Positions 21,733 to 35,600 of a stretch of 64,000 nt of DNA are shown here, one piece after another. The notes beneath the pieces are model-generated. The model was given only the letters and a program-made list of their open reading frames with translations, did not search any database and was not told the origin of the DNA. Where the stretch lies: the NCBI RefSeq assembly GCF_963921235.1, contig NC_086108.1:61382001-61446000 (forward strand), in the 5' to 3' direction. The position numbers and the translations under genes are program-made. Numbering within the stretch: position 1 is the stretch's first letter; each line of letters starts with the position of its first letter. The stretch comes from Mobula hypostoma. Lineage: Eukaryota.

Positions 21733-24368
21733 AGGACATATAAGTAGATGTAGAAGTGGACGTGCCCAAGTAGGTACCAGACCCAATCAGTTATATAAAA
21801 AAACTACAGATCTCTTTCTGCAGCTCTCATGTGGGGCACCCAGACAGCACAACTGCTGATCATCACTTTCTGATTCCACCAATACCCTTCATCCCATCTT
21901 CACCTCCACATGCGTACACATCTCTAACTCAACCCTTTCCACTCTGATCACAAAGCTGGCCTTTCCCCACAGCAGCACCTGATCAACCACTTATGCCTTT
22001 ACCTGCATTTTTTCAATTACCGATTTCTAATTACTCCACCCAATTGATACACTAACTCTCACCGCAAGCTTCTCCCTTCTGCTCCCGTGCCCATGATACA
22101 CAAACAACTTCTTTTCAGCTCTTTGTATCAAAGTGGTGCAAGAACTGGGGCCTCTTGTCACAGTATCAGGCCCTACAAACTGCAAAATCTGTGGGCTAAC
22201 TGGTTGGCAGGTCTCTCCTGCAGCCAAATAATTTCTCAGACAACTGTTCAGATTTCTGTGCGAAGATTAGGTGGTATATTTTTACTTTATACTGTATAAT
22301 GCAGCATCATTTATGTTCATCTCAAACGTTGCTGCACTTGGGTACATGGGAAGAGATAAAAGAAGTTGCAGATGTCATGACACCCATTTCTCTACACAGA
22401 TCATGCACCGTAGGGCTCTGTTGAATTAAGCTTCAGCACCAGTGAGAACAAATCAATGTGATTTGGAGAAATTTCCTGCACAGTCTCTGATTAATGCAGA
22501 TTGAGATTTCATCTTGTCACCGTAAACATTGATCAACAATAGCAGCTTCCAGTGGAATCATCTTTTACCAATGACCTTCTGGTATTCCTTTAGGATATGG
22601 CTCAGAAATCCTATTGCAAAACTCAAAACTCTTCAATATTAATAAAAATAATCAATAATTAATCAGCAAAGTGCACAATTTAGGTCTCCCCCTCCAGCCA
22701 ACAAAAGCACCTTCACAAGTTATAGCAACCTTTGTTCATAATTTCAACAGCATTTCCTTATGCATGCCAAATGTGCAAGTTTAAGATGAAACAAAATTTC
22801 AAGTGTACTAATACTGCAGCTGAACATTAGCATTCCTCCATGTTGTTCTGTAACTATTAATTTCTGTTACTACTGTGAATTTGAAGCAATGTGGTAAGAC
22901 CTAGAGACAATGTAAAACTGGAGCTCCCAAGAGGAGCACCTTGGGGGGTTTCCAAGAGTGATTCTCAATAATAGGTGATGCTCAATAATCAGAGGTGGAA
23001 CCGGGGAGAGAAAATCTCAGGGGTAACGATTGGAAAGACGGAGAGCTGAGGAGAGGGAATCCTAAGCAATTGTTATTTTGCAAGGAAAGGACCAATAATG
23101 TGGGTTGGGGGGGTTGGGGGGGAAAGTTAAACTCATGATTAGCCTTGCTTCCTTTTTAAAGAAATGTTCATGCAGAATAATAATTCTGCAAAATATACCA
23201 AATCTGTCAAAAGAAAATGTATGCAAATTATATGCTAGAATATATCACAGCATACTAAAACCCTTTTCTGAAATTCAGCTCCTTTGGAAACAACAAATTT
23301 GAATTCAGGAAGTGCAGATCAAAAAGCAAATGCTAAAACATTGCAATGTTTAGAGTTCGTGACAGAGGCCAAGTTTCTGTCCCTACAGTTTCTATGAGGG
23401 CTACATACTCAGAGATATTTCAGAAGGCAGACTGATCACAATCTAAAGCAAATGCCAGCAGCAGCATTTTAGGTATATCTTGAACCTGCTGCATTAAAAT
23501 ACATGGGAAGCTTGCAAATGCTAAAACATCCATTTCCTCAACAAACTGTGGTCCAAGGATGCCCGGAAGATGTTTGTCCTGAAATTGGACTGAATTATTT
23601 CCTCTCATTATTTCAACTATCTATCGTGGCCACTATTATGTCTATAAATGAGGCACCTAATATTCTGGTAACAGGAAATTGGTCAAAGGGACTCTGAGCT
23701 AAATTGTATTTGTTGTGCAAGGATCCGGAATTCACTGCCAGTGGGAAAAAGTCAGTTTCCTTTTTGATGCAAATAGGAACACCAGGAGGGCTGCTGCTAC
23801 TGATCTACGGCACTACAGATGCTGCTGATCCACCACAGCACCGGTGGTTCCACTCTACAGCTTTGCTGCTGCTTAAAACCACTCCCAAGATGCTGCCTCT
23901 GGACGGCACTCCAGCCACTACGATCAGCCCTCCCTCACCAGCCTCCTTACAGCCCCACCTCTCTGGCAATTACCCAAAAGTTGCCCCGGCCGGGACTAGT
24001 GGGCAAATAAATAAATCACCTGTCTGGTGGACAGTGTGTAAGGGACCAATGATTGCCACCAGCTCGCACTGATTACTTCAGCCGGGACTTGCGTCTACTG
24101 ATTCAGTTGGGCAGGGGTGCTGCCTCTGTCTAAAAAAGAGGAATAAATAAATCTGATCATCATATTCAGTGTCTTGCAACCTTCTTGCTAATGTGTGAAG
24201 TATCAATGATTATATCAGTAGTATAAGGCATAAAACCAGATCTCATTCCACATTCAGAGTGACTACTTCTTTGTGTATACAGTACCATAGTTTAATAAAC
24301 AAGACCATTAGGGGGTCACCAGTCTGAGTCTATGTCAGAATGCTAGGTTACATAAATGCATACGTATA

Positions 24369-24941
24369 TACTCAGTGGCCGCTTTATTAGGTACAGCTGT
24401 ACACCGGCTTGTTAATGCAAATATTTAATCAGACAATCATGTGGCAGTAACTCAATGTCTAAAAGCACACAGACCTGGTTAAGGAGTTCCGTCATTGCTC
24501 TGACCAAATATTATAATGGGATGAAAGGTGTTCTCAGTGACTTTGACTATGGAATGACTGTTGGTGCCAGATGGGTTGGTTTGAGCAGCTCAGAAACTGC
24601 TGATCTCCTAGAACTTTCATGCACAGAAGTCTCTAGACTTTATAGACTTTGGTGTGAAACCCACAAAAAATAAATCCAGACAGCAACAGCTCTGTGGGCA
24701 AAAATGCCTTGTTAATGACAGAGGTCAGAGGAGAAGGGCCAGCCTGGTTCAACTCATACAGGAAGCCGACAGTAACTTAAGTAACCATGTTTTACAATAG
24801 TGGTGTGCAGAAGAGCGTTTCTAAATGCACTGCACATCAAACCTAGAAGTGGGTGAGCAACAGCAGCAGAAGGGCACTGACATACGCTCAGTGGCCACTT
24901 TACTGAGTACTAGAGCTGCCAAATAAAGCGGTCAATGAGTG
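24369..24941 (+). mobile_element. Internally deleted Tc1-like DNA transposon
   Basis: TIR TACTCAGTGGCCGCTTTATTAGG / CCAAATAAAGCGGTCAATGAGTG; transposase HTH remnant GVLSDFDYGMTVGARWVGLSSSETADLLELSCTEVSRLYRLW (ORF 24455-24673). Confidence 0.85.
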
Positions 24942-27644
24942 CAAAAACACTTACAACACAGTCAAAATGGTCTCAATTTTAAAAGATTTTCAAAGTTTCT
25001 ACGATTTGGCCACTGTTGCTATTAAATATTCTTTCAATACAAGGTAATTTAATTCAGTCTGAAGATTTAATTAATTTTTCAAAGATTTTCTACAGGAGAA
25101 GGCAGTGAGGGAAGAGGAGGTGATGGCGTCATAGCAAGATGATTGTGATGCATGATTAACTTGTGGCCATTTCAGGGAATGAGCCAGCACTGCAATATCT
25201 ATTGCTTACAGGTGATGTCTTCTGCCTTTATTCTGTGCCCCGTCAAGCATTCACTGCCTGAATGCATTCACAGGAGCCTCACTAAGGAGCAAGAATTCAA
25301 GGTGGAGGGGTAGGTTGCACGGAAGGCCCCTAAATGCATGACAACGTGAAATGAGGGACAGATACCTGTAGAGGTTCATGCCAAGAATGTAGTCCTGGGC
25401 ACAGATCCCAAATACCTCCTCATTCAAGATACCAAAATCAGTGAATACATTTTCAAATGACAAATCCTGCCAACAACTTCATCAACCCCATCACCATTCA
25501 TTCCTCAATTCACAATTTCCACCTAAAATTCACATGTGCTGTCTCATCCTCCCAGCACTGTAGTTACAGCTCACATTTTGCTTATATAGGCAGCTATTAA
25601 TCCATGATCGTCATAAATATAAATTCACTGACACACTACCTCTCTTGGAGAACAATGTAGAAGTGGAGGCAGCAAAAAACAAGCAGAGGAAAAGCGGTCA
25701 GCACATCTGAACTCTTAGTAGATGGTGCTTACCGTCCAGAGGCCTTAGCCTATGTTGCAGTGTCTTCACAGCTAATCAGTCACTCATTCCACAAACACTG
25801 GAACCTCATTCAAAGGACAGCTGACATTACTCACGGTGTAACTCTAGTTTTATAACATTTTTACAGCAGGTACTCAAGAGGAAGGGTACTGTGATGAGGA
25901 AACTTATTGCTCAGTTTCATCGAAGCAAAACTGAGGCAGGATCTGTACAAGGAGGCAGCCCAGACAGCACTCAACAGAGGGCAACACCACAGAAGTGCTG
26001 CTACGGATGTCAACGTGCCTTAAGGCTGGCAGGTGTCCTTGGTGCATTGGAAAGCCTGACAAAAAGTTGGCACTCAGCATTAAGGAAGGTGATGGAGCCT
26101 ATCCTTCCCACCATGGAAAATGATTACGAAACCAATTGTGATGAGATGACTGAGGACAAATGCCTCAGCTTCCACTGCAGCATAAACAACCACCCAACCT
26201 CTGGTGTTCATACTGCTGTGACTTAGGCTCTGGACACCATTGAACACAGGCTCTTCCACAGTGTCACAGCAGCACAGCAAACTGTTTCCCCAGGAGACCA
26301 GTCCTACCGATGTGTCACCCAAGTGAAGTGTGATAGGTCCATTTCGAGAAAAGTAGAATATAAAAGCAAGGATGTAATGCTGAGACTTCATAGGCATTGG
26401 TCATAGTTTCTGCAGAAGTCAGCAGAGAATTACTTCAACTTTTGCCGTCTTAATCCTGAGACACAGATCAAGAAACTTAACACATATAGAACACTCGACA
26501 GGATAATTATAGGAGCAACTAGAAGCAATAGTCAGTAATTGAGTAGTGTATTATGTATTCATGTATGTTTTGACCCTTACGGGTTGCTGTCAAACTTCTC
26601 TGTATGTGTAACATACTGAACATAAAGACATAATGTGAGAGGGCATTCTGGGTAGATGACTTTCAAGTAAAGTAAACAACACACGTCTTGTTCTTCATCT
26701 CTATTTGTCTCTCATGTGTGTTTTCCAAGGACACCAGCTTCTCCACACCACAAATATAAGAAAGTAAATATTGGAAAATCCCAATAATCACTGGTGCGCA
26801 CCTTTATATGGAGTTAGCCGGATTTAGCACACAGAACACATCCAGGAGCTACTGGCAGAAACGTTTTATTTTAAATCACAATAAATCTCATGCTGATACT
26901 TTCAGTTATGCCTAAAACATAAAAGGATTGACTCACTATCACTCTGCTGCTACTCCATCTTCTCCTCCCTCCACTCACTTCCCTGCTCTCTGCTCTGTTC
27001 ACTCCTCTCTCACTACACTCCCTTACTGTGCCAATCACTTCATCCACACTCCCCACTCACTCCCACCTCAGTAGCCACGCGCTCCTCCAAAACGCTCCCA
27101 TTACTCTTAACAATTAATAGTATAACTCAAACATTCACACATTTCTGCATGTGCTTAACGATCATTTAATAAAAGATGATATTGCAAAATAATGGGAAAG
27201 AATAATAGAAAAATATATCATCTTTGTCTCTATAATGATCCAATACAAAAAGAATATGATATTTTTGTGATTTATGCTTCCCAAAATATATGGGCCATTT
27301 CCCATCATATTACAAAAAAATATTTTTTTTGATGGCTCCAATTTGAATATGCTATGTAGAATATCAATTGATGATCAAAGGCAGGAGTTTTAAAATCATA
27401 GTCCAGAAAGATAACTTATTAAGAATCTCTAGTGAAGTCCAAGCTGTTAGAAAATGAATAATTTATAGATGAAAATATCTTCCATGGGCTTCCATGAAAA
27501 GTAAATTCTGAAGGAAAAATCCACACCAGTGGGAACTGTTACACATAATATTGTCTGATTCCATCAGTAATACAGTATGTAAGCAAGATGTAGAATTAAA
27601 AAAGAAGTTTGGACATTAGACTGTGCATAAACAATGACAACAGT

Positions 27645-27953
27645 GGCAGCACGGTAGTGTAGTGGTTGGCACAACGCTTTACAGTACAGATGACCCGGGT
27701 TCAATTCCCGCCGCTGTCTGTAAGGAGTTTGTATGTTCTCTCCTTGACCACGTGGATTTTCTCCCGGGTGCTCCGCTTTCCTCCCAAAGTCCAAAGGCGT
27801 ATCAGTTGGTAGGTGAATTGGTCATTGTAAATTGTCCTGTGATTAGGCTAGGATCAAATTGTGGGATTGCTGGGTGGTGTAGCTCAAAGGGCAGGTAGGA
27901 CCTATTCTGTTCTCTATCTCAATAAATAAACAATAATAAATAAATAAATAAAT
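27645..27953 (+). mobile_element. tRNA-derived V-domain SINE (HE1-like)
   Basis: A box TAGTGTAGTGG (27655-27665), B box GGTTCAATTCC (27698-27708), V core GGAGTTTGTATGTTCTC..CCGGGTGCTCCGCTTTCCTCCCA, (TAAA)n tail. Confidence 0.85.
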
Positions 27954-27954
27954 A

Positions 27955-28320
27955 TGGTTGTGGTATCTTATTAAGTTACTGGACTAGGAACCCATACATC
28001 AGGACCAAACCTGAGTTCAACTCCCACCTTGGCAACTATGGATTTAAATTAAGTTAATAATCTAGAAATTAAAATTACTTGTTTTTGTGATGCTGACCAC
28101 AAAATCGGAGCGTCATAAAAACTCACTTGTTCGCTGATGTGTCTTTGGAAGTGGAGGTCTGTCATGTTTAACTGGTTTGGAATTCATTTAAGATCATACT
28201 CACAGCAATGTCGTTCACTTTTAAAATAGCCTAGCCAGTCATTTTGTTCAGGGGCAAAGGGGAGTGATCAATAAATGCTGGCCCCACCTCTGCTGTCCTC
28301 AGACATGAATAAATATAAAA
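27955..28320 (+). mobile_element. Older tRNA-derived SINE
   Basis: B-box-like GAGTTCAACTCCC; 3' end CAATAAATGCTGGCC..ATGAATAAATATAAAA; related reverse copy at 46615-46795. Confidence 0.6.
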
Positions 28321-31300
28321 ACGGTAATAAACTCAAACATGCTTGGTGTGCTGGCACTTCCAAACAAAGCACAGTTCATCGCTGGAGATTACTGATGTGT
28401 TACTAAGTGATTAGTGACCAGGGACTCAGCAGCTTATGGGAACAATTCTGTTCAGCTGTTCTCACCAGTGGAGTGGTAAATTAAAGCATTAGCTGCTCTT
28501 TTTAATTAAGGGGTTCAAACTAAGGAAACAGATAGTGTCTTAGCTTTAATGAGCACTTTCTTAAGTTTTAAAATATATGCATTTTCATAAGGTATCAAAA
28601 TCAAGTAAAATGTTATTTTAGATGGAAAGCACATTTCAAACTTAGCAAAATTTTTTTTTTACTTTTGCAAAGCATACAGTCAATTTCACACAACAGTCAA
28701 AAATCTGCAAAATAACCATAAAGCAGCCAGAAAGCCTTGCAAAAATCTCCAGAAATATGAACAGCTTTATAATCTTCCATTTAAAAGACACGCAGATATA
28801 ATCGATTATATGTACTTCTTATGCTAATTATGTTATTCTATTTATTATAGCTTCTTCCATGGGTTGTTAAGAATTAAGTAATAATTTGCATATTTGTATG
28901 AAGATTGGAGTCTTACATCCATTGAAGGTCTGTGGGGATTACTAGAGAAATAAATGATTTAATAAAACATTCATGCTTCCTTTTTTAATTAAGTATACAG
29001 TATGATTGGGTATCCGCAATGATAAACGACAAAAGTAAAACTCAGGTGCTTGTCTTCTGTTACACCCAGACTCCACCACTGCCTGAGGGTACTTGTTAAC
29101 ATGCGGTATTCAATCAAAACAAAATAATAATTAAGCGTTACCCATCGAGCCACACCAGCAAGTCTGAAGATGGGATTCCAAGATTACCATTGGGTCTGTG
29201 GTGCAGGAAGCAGGTGCACTGGTATTCACACAAGAGTTCCCTCGTGGGTATCTGAGATGATATCGCAATCGTTACAAGCCCCAAACGTCCTTGGTTGTGT
29301 AAATGAGATCCAGAATTTCACACAAAGCTCCCCAAAGGAGCTCCTCTCCCATCCCCAGTGGACCCCTAATTAAATTCACTGCCTGCCTTTTAGTGACACA
29401 AACCATCTACTATAGCATTCATGCCTGCTGTATAATGGGAGTACCTTTCATGAAAGAATGTGAACTTGTATATTTTTTTTCAAAATTTGTGAAATTCTTT
29501 ATAAGATTGAGAAGGGTAAGGGACCTCCTCCTGTGTGAATTTCATGTATTTCCTCATTGGAAATGTATAGAAATGTTCTTTAATTTAATCATATCAAAGG
29601 GAAGTTGAATCAGTGGCTGGGGGATTGCTGAAGTAGGATGTACACCTATAATTTAAGTCCAATTTATTTTCAGGTTTCCAGATTTAGATTTCTCACTGCT
29701 TGATATTTTGTGGAAACTAATGATGACAAAATATCTGAATGCATTTGAAATCTCACTGGGACAGGCCCAACTCTGGCTAAAGGGTACAGGGAGCATCAAA
29801 AGAGAGTACATGTGATGGATGGAAAGAATTCAGAGGTTTGAATGAGGAAAGGACATGAAGCAGGGAGAGGATGTAATAAAACTTCTTTTCTCCCTTTCTT
29901 GAGATCCACAGAAACAGGCCCCTATGGCCCACTTCAGCTATGTTGACTGCAATGCCTATTTGCGTTAATGTCATTTGTCTATGTTAGACACATATCTCTT
30001 TTCTCCTCCCCTTCCTATCATCATCTCCTCCCCTTTCTCTCCCCTTAGCCAATGTTGTTACTCCCCTTCTTCCACAATACTTCTTCCCTTTTACTGCTCT
30101 TTTCTCACCCCTGTAACTGCTCCTGATCCTCTTTACAATGACTTGAGTAAAAGCACTGCATTTTAAGAGGTAAACCCTGTCAATCATGGATAAAAATATT
30201 TAGTCAAATATTTTGGTGCAAAAAAGAACTCAGGTAAAGATTCATCACCAATATTGATTTTAATTCAATTTGCTGTTTGAAAAATGCATGGTAAATATCA
30301 AATCCCTCAGACCAGGAATGGTAGCTGCACAGACACACAGAGACCTTAGAAGAATTCCTGGCAGATGCTTACAATATTGCACTATCTTTGGGATATGTTT
30401 GCTAAGGCAATTTCCTCAGAGGTGGGAACCTAGGAATATTTCTGGAGAGATGCTGATATGAAATTGGTACTTCACTGTTGTGCAGTGATCCTGAAGGAAC
30501 TGCCACCATCTGTTCTCTGCTCTTAGGCACATCCTTGACTTCAGCTCTTGCGCACTGGAGGTCAGATTGTAACATACCTGACTCCCTGCTCCATCACTGG
30601 ACTCACAACTGAGTGAAGGTAATCTCTGGGAAATAACCAGTTACGGTGCTGGGCACCCTTTACATTAACCTGCCTACTTTACACCAGACATGGTCACAAA
30701 ACTTCATAACAAAGGTCAGCGCAGTTAATTTTTTAAAAGTTTGCTTTGTATTTATGTTTCCACATAATTAACACCAGTATAATGTGTTTTATTTTAATGA
30801 CTTCTAATTTTTTTTATGTTATAACCTTAATATACATCAACATCTTTTAACTGACTCAGAGATATTTATATCAGTGAAGCTGCCTTTGACTGTGGCAATC
30901 TGTCAAAGGTGATCAGAGCAAAGCTGCTGGCATAGTCTCAGGCTCTGTCTCCAGAGGCCTAGTTACCACTTACAACCCATTCTGTCTTGAAGAAGGTTTG
31001 TGGAGTGGAGCCTCATCTCATAGGTATGAGTGCCCTTGGGATGAGCAAAGAGTCTCAATGTGAGCAATGGGTCAGATCAAGAATGATGTGCTCAGTGTTT
31101 ATCATGCATCAATAGACTATTTAGCCTAACAGGTCCATGTCACTGTTTATGCTCCAAATGAGCTTCAACTGTTTAATCTTATCTACATCTACTCCTTTAT
31201 TCCTCTTGTTTCTCCTTAAGTGCACTAAAACTATTTATCTCAGTTGCTCTTGGTGGAGTAAATTCCACATTCCAACCAGCCTGACTAAATTTTCTCCAGA

Positions 31301-31616
31301 ATTCCCCAATGGATATCTTACTATCTTATATTCTTGTTCTCTGCTTCTTCTCTGACCTGCAAATGGAAACATCTTCTCTAATCCATCAAATACTTTCACA
31401 ATTATAAAGACCCTTCAGCCTTCAGATAAAGAGACCCAGTCTGCTCTGATGAATATAACCTCTCAATGTCAATATCATTTCTCAAAGATATTTTTGCAAC
31501 TTTGTCATTACCTTTATGCTCTATTTATAACACACAAAGAAAAATTGTGATTTAAACAAATTCGGAGACAAAATTAAATTCATTTATCTGCTTTTAAATT
31601 TTCTTTGAATGGAAAT

Positions 31617-32830
31617 AAATGGATGTAGTGTACCTGGACTTTCAGAAAGCCTTTGATAAGGTCTCACATAGGAGGTTAGTGGGCAAAATTGGAGCTCATG
31701 GTATTGGGGATAGGGTACTGACATGGATAGAAAGTTGGTTGGCAGACAGGAAACAAAGAGTAGGGATTAACGGGTCCCTTTCAGAATGGCAGGTAGTGAC
31801 TAGTGGGGTACCGCAAGGCTCAGTGCTGGGACCGCAGCTATTCACAATATACATTAACGATTTAGATGAAGGGATTAAAAGTAACATCAGCAAATTTGCA
31901 GATGACACAAAGCTGAGTGGCAGTGTGAAATGTGAGGAGGATGTTATGAGAATGCTGGGTGACTTGGACAGGCTGGGTGAGTGGGCAGATGCATGGCAGA
32001 TGCAGTTTAATATGGATAAATGTGAGGTTATTCACTTTGGTGGCAAGAACAGGAAGGCAGATTACTATCTGAATGGTGTCAAGTTAGGAAAAGGGGAAGT
32101 ACAACGAGATCTAGGTGTCCTTGTTCATCAGTCACTGAAAGTAAGCATGCAGGTACAGCGGGCAGTGAAGAAAGCTAATAGCATGTTGGCCTTCATAACA
32201 AGGGGAGTTGAGTATAGGAGCAAAGAGGTCCTTCTGCAGTTGTACAGGGCCCTGGTGAGACCACACCTGGAGTATTGTGTGCAGTTTTGGTCTCCAAATT
32301 TGAGGAAGGGCATTCTTGCTATTGAGAGAGTGCAGCACAGGTTCACAATGTTAATTCGCAGGATGGCGGGACTGTCATATGTTGAAAGATTGGAGTGACT
32401 GGGCTTGTATACACTGGAATTTAGAAGGATGAAAGGGGATCTGATTGAAACATATAGGATTATTAAGGGATTGGACACGCTAGAGGCAGGAAACATGTTC
32501 CTGATGTTGGGGGAGTCCAGAACCAGAGGCCACAGTTTAAGAATAAGGGGTAGGCCATTTAGAACGGAGTTGAGGAAAAACTTTTTCACCCAGAGAGTTG
32601 TGGATCTGTGGTATGCTCTGCCTCAGAAGGCAGTGGAGGCCAATTCTCTGGATGCTTTCAAGAAAGAATTAGATAGAGCTCTTAAAGATAGTGGAATCAA
32701 GGGATATGGGGAGAAGGTAGGAACGGGGTACTGATTGTCGATGATCAGCCGTGATCACAGTGAATAGCGGTGCTGGCTCGAAGGGCCGAATGGCCTACTC
32801 CTGCACCTAATGCCTATTGTCTATTGTCTA
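31617..32830 (+). mobile_element. 5'-truncated, relatively young CR1 LINE (RT C-terminal half and 3' UTR)
   Basis: ORFs 31619-32398 and 32405-32734 ([43 protein letters not shown]) separated by one in-frame TGA; (CTATTGT)n tail. Confidence 0.95.
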
Positions 32831-33074
32831 ACTACATATTTTTGGTTCATGTAAACCCCCAACCTCAGCACTAGTGGTCTATGTCTGTCTGTCCTTCTTT
32901 TCTCTGCTCCTCTGTCCCATTTAGATACTCCACGAAATGTGTGCCATCTATAAGTAACGTGGTACTGTCAGTGAGTTCATGCAAATTCAATCATATGAAT
33001 ATATAGGCAGATGTTATGGTTGTCAATAACTTCACATAACTAGCAAATGCAGCTATGACCGTATCAACCTTACT

Positions 33075-34385
33075 GATGAAAGGCATCAGGCCCCAATGGT
33101 GTATTTGACAGGGTACTGAAGACCTGTGCTAGAGACTGGCTAGAGAGTTTGAGGATATCTTCAACCTCTCACTGCTCCATTCTGAGCTTCCCACCGGCTT
33201 AAAAAGGGCATCAACCATACCAGTGCCCAGAAAGAATAGGATGAGCTGCCTCAGTGACTATTCCCCAGTTGCAATCACATCTACTAAAGAGCTTTGGGAG
33301 GTTGCTCATGGCCAGAATTACCTCCTGTCTGAAAAAGAACCTGGACCCGTTTCAATTTGTCTCCTACCACATTAGATCTACAGTGGACGCAATCTCACTG
33401 GCTCTCCACTTAGCTTTGGAGCACCTGGACAACCGCAAAACATATAATGGGTGATCAATTACAGTTCAATGCAATCAACCCTCTCCCTGCTAATGAACAC
33501 TTCACAATCTGGACCTCTGTACCTCCCTCTGCATCTGAATCCTTGCCAGGAAAACACAGTCAGTGCAGATCAGTCATAACATCTCCTCCTCACTGGCAAT
33601 CAACACTGAAGCACCAGAAGAGCATATTCTTAGCCCGCTGCTCTAAGCTCTCTACACTCTGTACAGTCATCAATGTGTTGCCAAACACAGTTCAACACCA
33701 TATATTAATCTGCCAATGACACCACGTCATCAACAGCAAGAAACTGATCGTGCACTTCAGTAAGGACACATCTGGAGATCACACGCCAGTCATCAATGAG
33801 AGGTCATTTGGGAAAGGGTGAGCGGCTTCAAGTTCATGGATGTCAATATCTCAGAGGAACTCTTCCGGCCCCAATTCATTGATGGATCCATGAAGAAGGG
33901 ATGCTAACAGCTATACTTCATTACAAGTTTGAGGACATTTTGTATGTCACCAAAGATTCCTGTGGATTTCCACGGATGTATTGTGGTGAACATTCTGACT
34001 GGTTTCATCACAGCCTGCTCCAATGAACATGAGGCTGCAGAGGGTTGAAGATGCAACCAGATCCATCACGGACACAACCCTCTCCACTATTGTGGGCATT
34101 TTCAAGAGGCGGTATCTCACGAACGGCGCATCTATCATTCAGGACATACCCTTTTCTCATTACTACCATCGTGAAGGAGCCTGAAGACCTACATTCAATG
34201 ATTCAGAAACAGCTTCTACCCCTCCGTCATCAGATTGCTGAACGGTCCATAAATACTATCTCGCTCTTCATCTTTTACACTATTTATTTATTTTGTAACT
34301 TATAGCAAATTTTACGCCTTGATCTGTACAGCTGTCTCAAAACAACAACAGCACATGTCAGTGATAATAAAGCCGATGTTGATTT
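33075..34385 (+). mobile_element. Degraded Rex1/Babar-type LINE (RT to 3' end)
   Basis: KASGP.G, LKSFGRLLM..NLDPFQF.Y...RSTVDAISLALH..LEHLD; 3' end CATGTCAGTGATAATAAAGCCGATG. Confidence 0.8.
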
Positions 34386-34705
34386 TCTGACACTGTGTAT
34401 GGAATGTGAGCTTCAGAACACCAGATGTTTGTAAGTGAGCTGGTACAAGAGGAAAATTATAAAGGTAAAAATCTAACACATAACTAAATATCAGTGGATC
34501 AAGCTAGACATTGCAATCAATAATTTGAGCAAGACAACCTTGCTCACTGGGCTTCTCTTTCATTGAATTCAGCTCTCAGGGAAATCAAACATTCAACTCG
34601 CCTCTATGTATTGACAAGGTGGAGTTACATTAGACTGGGCAGAGATATGAAGGCTGGGTTTGTGTGAGCAGGGCTGGTGTTAGGAACTCTGGTGATTTAA
34701 GCCAC

Positions 34706-35600
34706 TAGAACAAAGAACAGTACAGCACAGTACAGGCCCTTTGGCCTATAATGTTGTGCAGATCGTTTAACTTACTCCAAGGTCAATCTCACCCTTCCCT
34801 CCCACACAGCCCTTCATTTTTCTATCATCTGTTTAACTATCTAAGAGTTTTAAAATGTCCCTCGTGTACTTGTCTCTCCCACTACCCTCGGCAGGACTTT
34901 ACATACGCCCACCACTCTCTGTGAAAAATAAATTACTCTGATATCTCCCATATACTTGGCTCCGATCACCTTAAAATTATGCACTCCCATATTAGCCATT
35001 GCTGCCCTGGGAAAAAAAAACTACTCTATCAATGCTTCATATCAAGTCACCTCTCATCCTCCTTTGCTCGAAAGAGATAAGCCCTAATTCGCTCAATCTT
35101 TCCTCATAAGACATGCTCTCTAATCCAGTTAGTAAATCTCCTCTGCTCCCTCTCTGAAGCTTCCGCAAAGAATTCCACCAGGATTGTGAGGCACAACCTG
35201 CCCTTCATAAATCCATGCTGACTATCCCTAATCAGGCTATGCTACTCAAATGCTCGTAAATCTTGCCTCTAAGAATCCGCTCTAATAGTTTGCCCACCAC
35301 TGATGAGAGACTCTCTGGTCTACGAGTCCCAAGATTATCCCTATTACCTTTCTTGAACAAAGCAATAACATTTACCACCCTCCAATCTTCTGGTACTACT
35401 CCAGTGGATAGTGAGATTAATGAAGCAATCCTTCCCTTCATTTCCTGTAATAACCTGGGGTTTATCCCACCATATTGGTTTTCTTAAAAGCTCTAGCACA
35501 TCCTCTTTCTTAACACTGACATGTTCCAGCATAATAGCCTGTTCTATGCCATCTTCACATTCACCAAGGTCCTTCTTATAGGTCTCTCTCACCAACAGAC
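34706..35600 (-). mobile_element. Degraded, internally deleted CR1 LINE
   Basis: TAGAACAAAGAACAGTACAGCACAG tail; ORF 35232-35441 reads GVVPEDWRVVNVIALFKKG..RPESLSSVVGKLLERIL. Confidence 0.85.

Noticed and set aside
25100..26340. Possible ancient Harbinger-type transposon remnant (ORF 25891-26226)
   Set aside because: Only a vague resemblance; no TIRs, TSD or convincing catalytic motif could be identified by eye.
26547..26752. Possible small solo LTR (TGTA...CACA)
   Set aside because: No TSD and no second copy in the window.
26930..27110. Pyrimidine-rich CACT/CTC tract (also 29995-30130)
   Set aside because: Low-complexity sequence with no regular unit; the ORFs over it are compositional artefacts.
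27645..27715. tRNA gene
   Set aside because: A and B boxes are present but there is no full cloverleaf; it continues into a V-SINE core and (TAAA)n tail.
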